A stretch of DNA of 64,000 nt from an uncultured Desulfarculus sp. Its GTDB lineage: Bacteria; Desulfobacterota; Desulfarculia; Desulfarculales; Desulfarculaceae. Location: positions 1,344,001 to 1,408,000 of the forward strand of contig CAXXUK010000001.1 of the NCBI GenBank assembly GCA_963665125.2. Reading direction: 5' to 3'. Of the stretch, positions 9,192-19,235 are shown piece after piece. The notes below the pieces were generated by a model. That model was not told the DNA's origin. It did no database searches and worked only from the letters and a program-made list of their open reading frames with translations. The position numbers and the translations under genes were made by a program. The first letter of the stretch is position 1; each line of letters starts with the position of its first letter.

Positions 9192-9491
9192 TCATGCCAG
9201 CAAATCAGGTTTTCCGGTACCTTGGTTTTTCCGTTTCGAGGCATTTTCCAGAAATGGTTCCAAGGCGCAGTCCCACAAAACGAATTTCGCAAGGACAGCA
9301 GCCAAGGCGCAGGCAACCAGGGAAAAGAATACATCCGTCCCGAATATCATATAATCAGCCAGGCTTTGGAACCCGGTGGCCCGGTTTACCGGCACAAGGT
9401 CGACAAAAAAGACAAAGCCCACCCAAATGCCCAACATGATCGCCGCCAAATTGATGCTGATTTTAACTATCTTCCGTGTCATCATTTCCAC
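9192..9491 (-). CDS. Small hypothetical membrane protein (2 predicted TM segments)
   Basis: 99-aa ORF with two hydrophobic stretches, co-oriented with tetR; start may be ATG at 9485. Confidence 0.6.
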   Translation of the reverse strand: MEMMTRKIVKISINLAAIMLGIWVGFVFFVDLVPVNRATGFQSLADYMIFGTDVFFSLVACALAAVLAKFVLWDCALEPFLENASKRKNQGTGKPDLLA

Positions 9492-9599
9492 CCTTCAATT
9501 AGAAAAAGGTGAAATCACAATGTCAATTCCGCCGTTATGTCACCCCTGTAAATAATGCAAACCAGGTAATTTATGGTTGTTGTGGCCTCATAACCAAGC

Positions 9600-10196
9600 C
9601 TAAACATCGCTGTCTTTATCGGCTTGCTGTTTAGGCTTAAGAGCCCTATTCAATACCGAAACAACACGTTGGGCCTGTCCCCTCAGATCGTTTACTCTCA
9701 GTTCAGCCATGCCGGCCATTACCAGCTTGATCATTTCGGCAAGTTCAGCGGGTTCTATGCCGGTATCTTCAATGGAAATTTCGTTTTTTTGGCAAGCGTC
9801 GTCGATTAGCCGATTCAGCAGCAGGCTGAGCTGATGATCTCTCTCATCGCGCACCTCCGGCACAAGTGTCCTGGTTGCCGAAACCAAATCACTGGAAATG
9901 ATGTCGCTGCCGATCTCTTCAAATGGCGAAACAATGTATGAAGCAAGGATCGATTCGAGTTTTTGCCAGATAGTCATTTCCTTCGTTAAAAGGGTCTCGG
10001 ATTCAGCCACCCTTTCCCGGATAAATCCCAGGCATAATTCGCGGAACAGGTCTTCTTTGGTTTTGTAGTACTTGTAGAGAGTCACCCGGGAGCAGCCGGA
10101 ATACTCGGCTATCATGGACATCGTGGATCGCGTGAAGCCGTGTTGAAAAAAGCAGCGCCGCGCACCATCAATTATTTTAGCTGTCATATCTGGCAT
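9600..10196 (-). CDS. TetR/AcrR-family regulator
   Basis: IIDGARRCFFQHGFTRSTMSMIAEYSGCSRVTLYKYYKTKEDLF HTH. Confidence 0.93.
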   Translation of the reverse strand: MPDMTAKIIDGARRCFFQHGFTRSTMSMIAEYSGCSRVTLYKYYKTKEDLFRELCLGFIRERVAESETLLTKEMTIWQKLESILASYIVSPFEEIGSDIISSDLVSATRTLVPEVRDERDHQLSLLLNRLIDDACQKNEISIEDTGIEPAELAEMIKLVMAGMAELRVNDLRGQAQRVVSVLNRALKPKQQADKDSDV

Positions 10197-10230
10197 TTAT
10201 ATTTTTCCAGCGATCGTTCCCAATAGCCAA

Positions 10231-10258
10231 ATATTACCATTTTTACAATTTATGTCAA
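10231..10258 (-). promoter_or_regulatory. Sigma70-type promoter of tetR
   Basis: Minus strand reads TTGACA-N16-TAATAT with TG extended -10. Confidence 0.55.
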
Positions 10259-10306
10259 TGTGTTAATTTTTTCAAATGATTAATGTCACCATTCGCCGGT
10301 CTACCT

Positions 10307-10347
10307 AAAAAATGCGGCGAACCCGGAATAAATTCCAGGCCCGCCGC
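10307..10347 (-). terminator. Intrinsic terminator after usp
   Basis: GC-rich stem 10314-10347 followed by a U-tract on the minus strand. Confidence 0.6.
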
Positions 10348-10373
10348 GCGACCAGCCTCTATGGAAATATTGC

Positions 10374-10772
10374 CTATTTCACCGTAACAACCGGGCAGTC
10401 GGCCTCCAGAATCAGGTACTGGGCCGTTGATCCAAACAGCAGTTTTCCAACCTTGGATTTTGTGGCCACGCCAATGTAGACCAAATCAGCAGAGATCTGC
10501 TTGGCGTAATGAGCCAGGGCCTCGCCCTTGCTGGTGCCCTGTTGCAGAATCTGGGAAGCGGACTCCAGTCCGGCCGTTTCCAATGACTGAACCGCCTCGG
10601 CAATTGCCTTTTCAGCCTGGGCCTTGGCGTCAACGACGCCTTCGCCCTTTTCAGTCAGCACCATGGCCACATGCACCGATGCCCCGAATTTGGCGGCATG
10701 ATCAATGGCCAAGTCCAAGGCCCTTTTAGAAGACTTGTTGCCCCCATAGCATACTAATAATTTCATATTCAC
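10374..10772 (-). CDS. Universal stress protein (UspA family)
   Basis: ADLVYIG...SKVGKLLFGSTAQYLILEADCPVVTVK. Confidence 0.92.
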   Translation of the reverse strand: MNMKLLVCYGGNKSSKRALDLAIDHAAKFGASVHVAMVLTEKGEGVVDAKAQAEKAIAEAVQSLETAGLESASQILQQGTSKGEALAHYAKQISADLVYIGVATKSKVGKLLFGSTAQYLILEADCPVVTVK

Positions 10773-10848
10773 CTCTCGCGCCAGTACACGCCTATTTCCG
10801 GCGGGCCGAAGACCCTTGGCGGCCTTTTATGCCCACAGAGCGCCAATA

Positions 10849-11562
10849 CTAGACTTCCAAGTATTTGGCCTTAATTTCAGGGTTTGCCTTGAGGTCCTGC
10901 ACCGTTCCTCTGAAACCGATGTAGCCTTTGCCTAACAATACAACTTCATCGGCCAAAGACAAGGCGACTTCCAAATTGTGTTCAACCAGCAAGATGGAAA
11001 CGCCGGTCTGGTTGATCTCGGCCAGAACGTCACGCACTTCCTTGACCATGATCGGCGCGAGCCCCTCTGTAGGCTCGTCGACCAATAGCAGGTCTGGGTT
11101 GCCCATCAGGGCCCTGGCGATGGACAGCATCTGCTGTTCTCCACCGGAAAGGTTGGCGCCCTTGTTGGCCGAGCGTTCCTTGAGCCTGGGGAAGTGCTTG
11201 AACACGCGTTCTTCGGTCCAAGGCTCGTTTCCCTTGATCTCCCTGGCGGCCTCCTTGATGCCCATGCGCAGGTTGTCCAAAACCGTCAACTTGGGAAAGA
11301 TGCGCCTTTCCTCGGGAACATAGCCGATACCGGCCTTGGCGACCTTATGCGGCTGCCAACCCGTGATGTCGGTGTCATGAAAGCGCACTGTGCCGCTTTT
11401 GGGTTTTACCATGCCCATAAGAGTCTTCAATGTGGTGCTTTTACCCATGCCGTTACGGCCTAACAGGCACACTATCCGTCCCTGCTCCAGGGTCAAATTG
11501 ATCCCCTGCAAGACGTGGCTCAGCCCGTAATAGGTGTTTATGTCATTTATTTCCAATATCAT
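10849..11562 (-). CDS. livF: Liv-type ABC transporter ATPase (LivF-like)
   Basis: GRNGMGKST, YVPEERRIF, LSGGEQQM, DEPTEGLAP. Confidence 0.92.
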   Translation of the reverse strand: MILEINDINTYYGLSHVLQGINLTLEQGRIVCLLGRNGMGKSTTLKTLMGMVKPKSGTVRFHDTDITGWQPHKVAKAGIGYVPEERRIFPKLTVLDNLRMGIKEAAREIKGNEPWTEERVFKHFPRLKERSANKGANLSGGEQQMLSIARALMGNPDLLLVDEPTEGLAPIMVKEVRDVLAEINQTGVSILLVEHNLEVALSLADEVVLLGKGYIGFRGTVQDLKANPEIKAKYLEV

Positions 11563-12314
11563 TGTTCGACTATCCCGTGACCCAGATAGGCGTCTTTTAC
11601 GGCTTGGTTTTCGCGGATTTCGTCCGGCTTTCCGGTAGCCAGAACCTGACCATAGTGAATAACCGTGATCCTGTCGGCCAAGGAAAAGACCACATCCATG
11701 TCGTGTTCCACGATGACCATGGACTTGCCCTCGGTGAGTTTGCGGATCAGGTCCACGGCGGTGCGGGTCTCGTCAGGCGACATGCCCGCGCAAGGCTCGT
11801 CAAGTAGGATCAATTTCGGGTCGGTGGTCAGAGTCAGGCTCATCTCAAGGGCCCTGTTCTTACCATAGGAAAGCAGGCTGGCCCAGACATCGCGCTGTTC
11901 GCTCAGATTGATCCTTTCCAGGATCTTATCCACCTCCTGGTTCACCGCGTCCATCTTTTTCATGGGTTTCCACATGTTGAAACGGATCCCCCTGCGTGAG
12001 AGCACGCCAAGACGAACGTTTTCCGCCACGGTCAATTTATTGAAAGTACTTGTTATCTGAAAAGATCTCGCCAACCCCAGCCGGTTCAGCTTATACGGCT
12101 TAAATCCCGTTACATCCTTGCCGCCGAACATGATCTTTCCGTGCCGGGGCTTGTAAAAACCGGTTATCAGGTTGAACAGGGTCGTCTTGCCCGCGCCGTT
12201 GGGGCCGATAATGGCGTGGCGCTCACCTTCGGCGATTTGCAGGTCAATCCCGCGGATCACCTCAAGGCCGCTGAAGTCGTGGCGCAGGTCTTTTGTTTCC
12301 AAGATGTTGCTCAT
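11559..12314 (-). CDS. livG: Liv-type ABC transporter ATPase (LivG-like)
   Basis: GPNGAGKTT, LARSFQI, LSYG, DEPCAGM, EHDM. Confidence 0.92.
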   Translation of the reverse strand: MSNILETKDLRHDFSGLEVIRGIDLQIAEGERHAIIGPNGAGKTTLFNLITGFYKPRHGKIMFGGKDVTGFKPYKLNRLGLARSFQITSTFNKLTVAENVRLGVLSRRGIRFNMWKPMKKMDAVNQEVDKILERINLSEQRDVWASLLSYGKNRALEMSLTLTTDPKLILLDEPCAGMSPDETRTAVDLIRKLTEGKSMVIVEHDMDVVFSLADRITVIHYGQVLATGKPDEIRENQAVKDAYLGHGIVEQ

Positions 12315-13309
12315 GCCGCGCTCTCCATTTCCAGCTTTTTGCGCTTGTGTATCTGCCAGGCGACCTGGGCCTTGAGATAAAGGCCATTAAGTCCGAACGG
12401 CGCATACATCACAGCCAGAATGAAAACAATACCAGTCACGAGTTCCACCCGGTCGGTGTAGTGCTTGCTCAGCTCATCCAGGAGCAGCAACAGGCCCGTA
12501 CCGGTGATCGGCCCCATGAAGCTGCCGATTCCGCCCAGCATGATGGCCATGATCGGGATAAACGAGACCATGATGTGCAAAACACCATCCACAGACACGA
12601 CCTGCTGGAAAATGGCGAACAGGGATCCGGCCAAACCGGCGAACCCGCCCGAAATGATGAAGACGATGGCCTTGCTGGTGGGTACGTGATAACCCAGATA
12701 ATCGATACGCAGGGCATTGTCCCTGATACCGACCTGTACGCCGCCCAAGGGGGTCCGGGTGAAATACCACATGGCCCACATACTGGCTACGCAGACTATG
12801 ACCGCGAAGTAGTAGAAGGTGGTGGGATTGTCTATATCCAAGCTGACGAGCCCAAAGAGATTCAAAGAAGGCATGTCAAACAGCGTAATGCCGTCCTCGC
12901 CGCCGGTGATATCCCGGAATTTCAGGCACATCACGTACATCAACTGGCCAAAGGCCAACGTCAGCATGGCAAAGGCCGTACCGCTGACCCGCACCAGCAG
13001 CGGCGAACAGATCAGCGCGGCTACCATGGATGAGGACACGCCGATTAGCAGCGCCGGCACCAGGGATATGCCCTCTATGTGGATGATGGCCAGAGCCGTG
13101 GCGTAGGCCCCCACACCGAAGAACAGGGCATGGCCAAATGTCAGAAGGCCGGTGAAACTCAGCAGCATGTTCACGCTGACCGCGAACATGGCCATTATTG
13201 CCAGTTCGGCGATCATGTTCGTGCTCACGATGCCCATGAAGCTGGGGGCGATGGCCACAAAGGCCAACACCAGCACCAAAACGATTGCCAGTGGTTTGTT
13301 TCGCAGCAT
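12311..13309 (-). CDS. livM: Liv-type ABC permease (LivM-like)
   Basis: TGLLTFGHALFFGVGAY, TGGEDG, LGGIGSFMGP. Confidence 0.9.
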   Translation of the reverse strand: MLRNKPLAIVLVLVLAFVAIAPSFMGIVSTNMIAELAIMAMFAVSVNMLLSFTGLLTFGHALFFGVGAYATALAIIHIEGISLVPALLIGVSSSMVAALICSPLLVRVSGTAFAMLTLAFGQLMYVMCLKFRDITGGEDGITLFDMPSLNLFGLVSLDIDNPTTFYYFAVIVCVASMWAMWYFTRTPLGGVQVGIRDNALRIDYLGYHVPTSKAIVFIISGGFAGLAGSLFAIFQQVVSVDGVLHIMVSFIPIMAIMLGGIGSFMGPITGTGLLLLLDELSKHYTDRVELVTGIVFILAVMYAPFGLNGLYLKAQVAWQIHKRKKLEMESAA

Positions 13310-14190
13310 TAGCCTTCTCCCTCCCCAAAGAAGCCTTGGGGCCTAAAGGACAAGACCAAAGCCATGAAGCCAAACATCAGCACCGGCGCCAGCTTGGGCA
13401 GGAACTGAATACCGTAGGCATTGAGTTCGCCCAGGGTGAGCGAAACCACGAAGGCGCCCAGGAGGCTGCCGAAACCGCCCACCACGACGACCACGAAGGC
13501 GTCCATTCCCACTTGGTCGGCGATGCCGGGGAACACGGTCAACAGAGGCGCCGCGGCCACGCCGGCCACGCCGGCCATCCAGGTTCCGAGACCGAAGACC
13601 AGCATGAACACGCTGGGCATGTTGATGCCCAAGGCGCTGACCATCTCGGGGTCCGAGGATGCCGCCCGAACGATCTTGCCCAATCGGGTCTTGTAGAGAG
13701 ACACGACCAATACCACCAGAATGACCAGGGCCAATCCGATGAGGAACAACCTGTAAATAGGGTATTCCAGGCCGGCAAAGGTGACCAGTCCCTGAAGGCC
13801 CTGGGGTATCCTGATCACCAACGATTCGGTGCCCCATATTGCCTTGACGAACTCAACGATTACCAGCGAAATGCCCAAGGTCAACAGCAATTCCGCTATG
13901 TGCCCAAGTCCGTGGGCCTTGACCTTACGCAACAGGAAACGCTCCACCAATAGACCTAGGCCCGCCACGATAAGCGGTGCTATTAACAGAGAAACCCAAA
14001 AGTTGCCCGTTATTGCCAGGATCTGGTAGCAGAGGTAGCCCGACAACATGAAAAAAGCGGCATGGGCCATGTTTAACACGCCCATCATGCCGAATATCAA
14101 GGTCAGGCCTGATGATACAAGGAATAGAAGCATTCCATAGGCGATGCCATGCAATGCTTGGGTGACGTACATGGCCGTAACCGGACTCAT
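13309..14190 (-). CDS. livH: Liv-type ABC permease (LivH-like)
   Basis: GLTLIFGMMGVLNMAH, TRLGKIVRA, VVVVGGFGSLLGA. Confidence 0.9.
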   Translation of the reverse strand: MSPVTAMYVTQALHGIAYGMLLFLVSSGLTLIFGMMGVLNMAHAAFFMLSGYLCYQILAITGNFWVSLLIAPLIVAGLGLLVERFLLRKVKAHGLGHIAELLLTLGISLVIVEFVKAIWGTESLVIRIPQGLQGLVTFAGLEYPIYRLFLIGLALVILVVLVVSLYKTRLGKIVRAASSDPEMVSALGINMPSVFMLVFGLGTWMAGVAGVAAAPLLTVFPGIADQVGMDAFVVVVVGGFGSLLGAFVVSLTLGELNAYGIQFLPKLAPVLMFGFMALVLSFRPQGFFGEGEG

Positions 14191-14257
14191 GCCGTGTCCT
14201 CCTTCTTGTTCGCAGATGAATTAACAAAGCCTCCTGCCGCCTGATTCAGCGGGCAAG

Positions 14258-14293
14258 AAAAAAGCCCGGCCGCAAATCATCGTTTGCGGCCGG
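14258..14293 (-). terminator. Stem-loop with U-tract between the binding-protein and permease genes
   Basis: 11-bp stem CCGGCCGCAAA/TTTGCGGCCGG; a common arrangement giving excess SBP transcript. Confidence 0.6.
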
Positions 14294-14309
14294 ACCTGAT
14301 CAGCTTATC

Positions 14310-15653
14310 TTACTTGCATCCGGGCACGTCGTCGGGCACCGGCTGGATGCATTCGGCAGCCGGAATCGTCACCACGTTTACCGGAGCGGCCGCCTTCTCG
14401 TAGAAGTCGTTTGGCCAGCTCATCTCGGAGGCGTTCATGTCGAAGATGGCCTGGTGGTCGCAGGCGCGCATCTTGTAGTTGTTGCCAAAGAGGGTAATTT
14501 CATCACCTTCCCAGGCCGCGATAATCTTGTCCGGATCAAGTGAACCGGCCTTTTCCACCACCTTGAACATCCAGTAGGTGGCGATGGTGGACTGGGGCAG
14601 GATGCCGCCGGGCCACTTGAACAGGGGGCCATCGTACAGCGGAGCCTTCCAGGTCTTCCAGGCCTCGTGCCACTTGTTCATGAACTCCACGTTTTCGGGC
14701 TTGTTCAAAAGCGTCATGTAGGAGTGGATGGGCACGAAACCCTTGCCGTGGGGGGGCTTGATGGTCACAAGGGGAATCGGGTTGTCGATAAAGGGACCGG
14801 CCATGGGCAGGTTGACGCCAAGCTGGTCGGCCTGCTTGATCAGGTTGTCGCTGTCGGGGTTGAAGTCACCGGTGATGATGACCTCGGCGCCGCTGCCCTT
14901 GACCTTGGTCAAGTACGGAGCGAAATCCTTGGCGAACAGCGGATGGAAGTCTTCGCCGACGATTTCGGCGTCGGGACGAGCGGCCAGCAGCGCGTTCTTG
15001 AAGTTCTTGGCGAAGAAGTGGCCGTAGGCGTAATCCTGGCAAAGAATATAGAATTTCTTTTCCGAACGCTTGGCGTAGAACTTGGCCAAACCGGTGGCCA
15101 GCATGGTGTTGGTTGCGCAGGTACGGAAGGTGTACTTATTAAAGCGCTCTCCCTGCATCAAGGCGTCCGAAAGCGAAGCCACGTTCAGGTAGATTTTCTT
15201 GTACTTGGCCGCAACCTGTTGACCAACCAGGCAGATGTGCGTGCCGGTGGTGCCGATGATCATATCGACGTTGTCTTCCAGGCAAAGCTTTTCCATGGCC
15301 CGTTTGGCCACGGTGGGCTTCATCTGGTTGTCGCCCTTGATCAGCACGATCTTCTTTTTCTTGCCACCGACCATAACACCGCCCTGGCTGTTGATGTCAT
15401 GAACAGCCAAACCAATGGTCAGCCAAAAGATGTTGCCGTTGACAGCCGCGGGGCCGGTGAATGCCCAGAAAATACCGACTTTGATCACATCGTCGGATAC
15501 AGGGGGGAACGTTTGGTTGTGAGGATCAAAACTCGCCAGATCGCCCTTGAACGGCTCAAATGCCTGCGCCGTGTTGACAGCGCTTAAGCCGATGAGCATC
15601 AGGCATGCATATAACATGGTGATTACAAAGAATTTCGACTTATTTCCCGGCAT
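14310..15653 (-). CDS. Liv-type ABC periplasmic binding protein (organic acid-binding subtype likely)
   Basis: Signal peptide ending AQA; DINSQGGV, YTFR, QDYAYG, MRACDHQ. Start moved to MPGNKSK after GGAG. Confidence 0.88.
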   Translation of the reverse strand: MPGNKSKFFVITMLYACLMLIGLSAVNTAQAFEPFKGDLASFDPHNQTFPPVSDDVIKVGIFWAFTGPAAVNGNIFWLTIGLAVHDINSQGGVMVGGKKKKIVLIKGDNQMKPTVAKRAMEKLCLEDNVDMIIGTTGTHICLVGQQVAAKYKKIYLNVASLSDALMQGERFNKYTFRTCATNTMLATGLAKFYAKRSEKKFYILCQDYAYGHFFAKNFKNALLAARPDAEIVGEDFHPLFAKDFAPYLTKVKGSGAEVIITGDFNPDSDNLIKQADQLGVNLPMAGPFIDNPIPLVTIKPPHGKGFVPIHSYMTLLNKPENVEFMNKWHEAWKTWKAPLYDGPLFKWPGGILPQSTIATYWMFKVVEKAGSLDPDKIIAAWEGDEITLFGNNYKMRACDHQAIFDMNASEMSWPNDFYEKAAAPVNVVTIPAAECIQPVPDDVPGCK

Positions 15654-15910
15654 GTGCTCTCCATTTCGTAAGTTTGATTTACCTGGTTGTATTTCCATGG
15701 GACATAAACGTTGTTCACCTAACTGGCGTAGCATACCAAAACAAGAAGCCAACATTCAGCTAAAAAAGCACCCTAGTTTTATTTTTTTGGCCATTTATAC
15801 ATCGGCATGTCTTTTTTTTACCGTTTGTCCGGTTTCTGATTACATTTTTTCAACCATCTCCCACTTCATCAATGCTATATATTGCTCCATCACTATAGTC
15901 GGAGGGCATC

Positions 15911-16651
15911 ATGAGATTACAAAACAAGGTAGCCATTGTTACGGGCTCGGCCCAGGGCATTGGCGCGGCAACGGCAATACTTTTCGCCGAACAGGGCGCG
16001 AAAGTAACTCTTTGTGATCTGAATGAAGAGGGACTGCAAAAAGTTGCGGCAAAAATCAGCGAAGCTGGAGGTCAAAGTCTGATCTGCAAGGGCAACATCG
16101 CCCAACGTTCTTTTGTTGACCAAATGGTCCAGCAGACCGTGGAGCAATTCGGTGGACTCGATATTCTGGTCAACAACGCCGGCATTACCCGCGACGCCAT
16201 CGGACACAAGATGACCGAGGAGCAGTGGGATCAGGTAATTGACGTCAACCTCAAGGGATCGTTCAATTGCCTGCAAGCGGCCATGATCCAGATGAGGGCC
16301 CAGGCTTCGGGCTCCATTGTCAACCTGTCGTCCATCTCCCGCTACGGCAACCCCGGCCAGTTGAACTACGCCGCATCAAAAGCGGGCGTGGTGGGCCTGA
16401 CCCGCACGGCGGCCAGGGAGTTGGCCCGCAAGGGCGTCCGGGTCAATTGCGTGGCCCCCGGGTTCATCAACACGGAGATGCTCCAGGCAGTGCCCAAGGA
16501 GATACTCGACGCCATGACCCAGGCCGTCCCCATGGGCAGGTTGGGTTCACCCAGGGAAACCGCCGAGTTGATCATGTTCCTGGCCTCCGATGAGTCAAGC
16601 TTCATCACGGGGCAGACTATTAATATAGATGGCGGAACCTATGTGAGCTGA
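15911..16651 (+). CDS. fabG: 3-oxoacyl-ACP/CoA reductase (FabG-like SDR)
   Basis: TGSAQGIG, NNAGITRD, NYAASKAG, VAPGFI. Confidence 0.82.
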   Translation: MRLQNKVAIVTGSAQGIGAATAILFAEQGAKVTLCDLNEEGLQKVAAKISEAGGQSLICKGNIAQRSFVDQMVQQTVEQFGGLDILVNNAGITRDAIGHKMTEEQWDQVIDVNLKGSFNCLQAAMIQMRAQASGSIVNLSSISRYGNPGQLNYAASKAGVVGLTRTAARELARKGVRVNCVAPGFINTEMLQAVPKEILDAMTQAVPMGRLGSPRETAELIMFLASDESSFITGQTINIDGGTYVS

Positions 16652-16942
16652 CGCCCCGCGAGCGGGACCTTGTTTCGTAATACAAACAATGTCCCGCTCG
16701 TAAAAAACGTCAATATAAAAAGATCAACTTTGTTATTGATTATTTTTTCACAACCAATGTAACATACTGCTGCGAATACTGAAGTAGCATTGTATTTGTT
16801 ATGCTTTTTTAACAATTTAATATTGATTATTAGTAATTTACGAATCTTGGATCGTTTTTTTGTTTTTACGACTGCCGTTTTGTCGCGTACCGAGACATGA
16901 CCGGCTGCTCAAATCATCACAGGTCAAGGAGAAGACGACACA

Positions 16943-18607
16943 ATGGAAGAGAAATTCTGGCATAAACAATATGCACCGGGTGTACAACCGACCGCCAACT
17001 ACCCGGAAATCCCGGCGTATGAAATCCTGAACCTTACCGCGTACGGATTTCCCAAGAAAGTCGCCACGACCTTCTTCGGCACCGAGATGACGTTCTATGA
17101 GTTGCGTTGTCTGTCCATGAACATGGCCAACGCCCTCAAAAAGGCCGGCGTTAAAAAAGGCGACCGCGTTGCCATCCACCTGCCCAACTGCCCGCAGTAC
17201 ATAATCGCTTACTACGCCGTGCTCAACGCGGGCGGTATAGTCGTCAACCTGAACCCCATGTACACGGTGGATGAACTCAAGGCCCTGTGCAAAAACACCG
17301 GCGTCAGCACCCTATTCTCCTTTGACATGGCTTTGCCCAACATTCACGAACTTTGCAAGGCTGTCGATATAGAGCGGGTCATAATCACCAAGGTGACCGA
17401 CTTCATCAACGGCATGCCCCAGAGCACCTCTGAAGAGATGGGCCTGGAAGCCAAGTGGATGCATTTTTCCAAAATGCTGGCCGACTGCAAAGATATACGG
17501 CCCCTTAGAATTGAAATCAACTCCGAAGACCCGGCACTGATCCAGTTCACCGGCGGCACGACGGGCATCCCCAAAGGCGCGGTCCTGTCCAACGGCAACC
17601 TGGTGGCCGCGACCTTTATCATCAAGGGGCTCTGCGACCCGATTTTCAGCTCAATGCCGCCCGAGAAGCGCTTTACCCTGTCGATGCTGCCGTTCTTCCA
17701 CGTATACGGCGACATCGTGGCCATGAACAGCTCGATCCTGACCGCGGCCACCCAGATAGTGGTCCCCAGATTCGACATTGAAGAAGTCATGGGCATCATC
17801 AGCATGCTGGAGGATCCGGTGTTCTGGCCCGCGGTTCCGACGATGATCAACGCGGTGCTCAACCATCCCAAGGCTGAAGAACTGGAGTTGGGCCGCCGGT
17901 TCTCGTTCCTCAACAGCGGCGGCGCGCCCATTCCGGCGGCCCTGCTGGAAAGAGGCCTGGACCTCGGTGTCAACATGACCGAGGGCTGGGGCATGAGCGA
18001 AACCACCTCCATCGGCGTTAGCAATCCCATTATCGGCAAGAAGAAAGTCGGCAGCATCGGCATCCCCATCGCCGACACCGATATCAAGCTGGTGGACCCC
18101 AACGACGGCGTCACCGAAGTGGCCCGGGGCGAAAAGGGCGAACTGCTGATCAAGGGCCCCTCGGTCATGCAGGGCTACTGGGACAACCCCGAGGAAACCG
18201 CCGGCCAGCTCAAGGACGGCTGGCTCTACACCGGCGACGTGGCCATCCAGGACGAAGACGGCTTCCTGTTCATTGTGGACCGCACCAAGGACATGATCAT
18301 CGCCGGCGGCTACAACATCTATCCCCGTGAAGTCGACGAAGTGCTGTTCCAGCATCCCAAGGTCGCCGATGTCGTCACGGTGGGCGTGCCCGACGACTAC
18401 CGCGGCGAGACGGTCAAGGCCTTCGTGGTGCTCAAGCCCGGCGTGGAGTGCACTCCCGAAGAAATCATCGCGTTCAGCAAGGACCACCTGGCGCCTTACA
18501 AGCAGCCCAAGAAGGTGGAATTCCGCGACGAACTGCCCAAATCCGCGGTTGGCAAGCTTCTGCGCAAGGTCCTGCGCGCCGAAGAAGAAGCCAAGATGAA
18601 AAAATAG
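16943..18607 (+). CDS. fadD: Long-chain fatty acid-CoA ligase
   Basis: [41 protein letters not shown]. Confidence 0.88.
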   Translation: MEEKFWHKQYAPGVQPTANYPEIPAYEILNLTAYGFPKKVATTFFGTEMTFYELRCLSMNMANALKKAGVKKGDRVAIHLPNCPQYIIAYYAVLNAGGIVVNLNPMYTVDELKALCKNTGVSTLFSFDMALPNIHELCKAVDIERVIITKVTDFINGMPQSTSEEMGLEAKWMHFSKMLADCKDIRPLRIEINSEDPALIQFTGGTTGIPKGAVLSNGNLVAATFIIKGLCDPIFSSMPPEKRFTLSMLPFFHVYGDIVAMNSSILTAATQIVVPRFDIEEVMGIISMLEDPVFWPAVPTMINAVLNHPKAEELELGRRFSFLNSGGAPIPAALLERGLDLGVNMTEGWGMSETTSIGVSNPIIGKKKVGSIGIPIADTDIKLVDPNDGVTEVARGEKGELLIKGPSVMQGYWDNPEETAGQLKDGWLYTGDVAIQDEDGFLFIVDRTKDMIIAGGYNIYPREVDEVLFQHPKVADVVTVGVPDDYRGETVKAFVVLKPGVECTPEEIIAFSKDHLAPYKQPKKVEFRDELPKSAVGKLLRKVLRAEEEAKMKK

Positions 18608-18627
18608 TTTTCAACCAAATAATGGCG

Positions 18628-18667
18628 GCGCCCGCATCACACTGGTGGTGCGGGCGCTTTATTTTTT
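18628..18667 (+). terminator. Intrinsic terminator after fadD
   Basis: GCGCCCGCATCAC/GTGGTGCGGGCGC stem followed by TTTATTTTTT. Confidence 0.8.
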
Positions 18668-18766
18668 CGGCCATTAAAGGCCCTAAGGCCCCATCGCTGT
18701 TTGCTATAATCTTTAATATAGTTACTTTTCACCAAATCTATTACGCGCCAAACTCCGGAGGGTTCG

Positions 18767-19210
18767 ATGAACAAACATGCCAAGTTTCTCATGGCGGCCA
18801 CGGCCATCGCGTTCACCTTTGTTTTTTGCGGCCTGGCCCAAGCCCAGCAGGACAACCGCTGTCAGTGGGCCTGCAACAATCTATTCACCGAAGGCACCAT
18901 TCAAGGCGCCGAGGAATTTCAGCAGTGCGTCAAATTTTGCAGTCAGGTCCAACTATCGGGCATTGAAGGCAGCGAAGGCATCTCCATCGCGTGCATGTAC
19001 GCCCTGCCCAAGGCCTGCGGCTACGAGTTGGCCTGGGACTTCATTCGCTATTGCCTTAAGCCGTGCATGGAGTTCAACGAATACGAGTGCGGCAAGTGCC
19101 TGGCCCAGCATTCATACTGCCACAAGGGCACGGCCTGCCACGAAAAGGTCTGTGACTGCATCATCAAGCAGAACTGCGACGCCGTGCTGAAAAAGGCCTG
19201 CGACCATTAG
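18767..19210 (+). CDS. Secreted cysteine-rich hypothetical protein (147 aa)
   Basis: GGAGG RBS, Sec signal ending AQA, 16 Cys in the mature part, host-like codon usage. Confidence 0.8.
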   Translation: MNKHAKFLMAATAIAFTFVFCGLAQAQQDNRCQWACNNLFTEGTIQGAEEFQQCVKFCSQVQLSGIEGSEGISIACMYALPKACGYELAWDFIRYCLKPCMEFNEYECGKCLAQHSYCHKGTACHEKVCDCIIKQNCDAVLKKACDH

Positions 19211-19235
19211 CCCGAGCCGCCCCCTGCCCCGAGGT

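Noticed and set aside
9515..10290. Recurrent ATGTCA words flanking tetR as a shared operator
   Set aside because: Spacing and symmetry are inconsistent between copies, and TGTCAA is also the reverse complement of a -35 box.
18767..19210. Multiheme cytochrome c interpretation of the Cys-rich protein
   Set aside because: No CxxCH motif; the only CxxC is followed by Leu.
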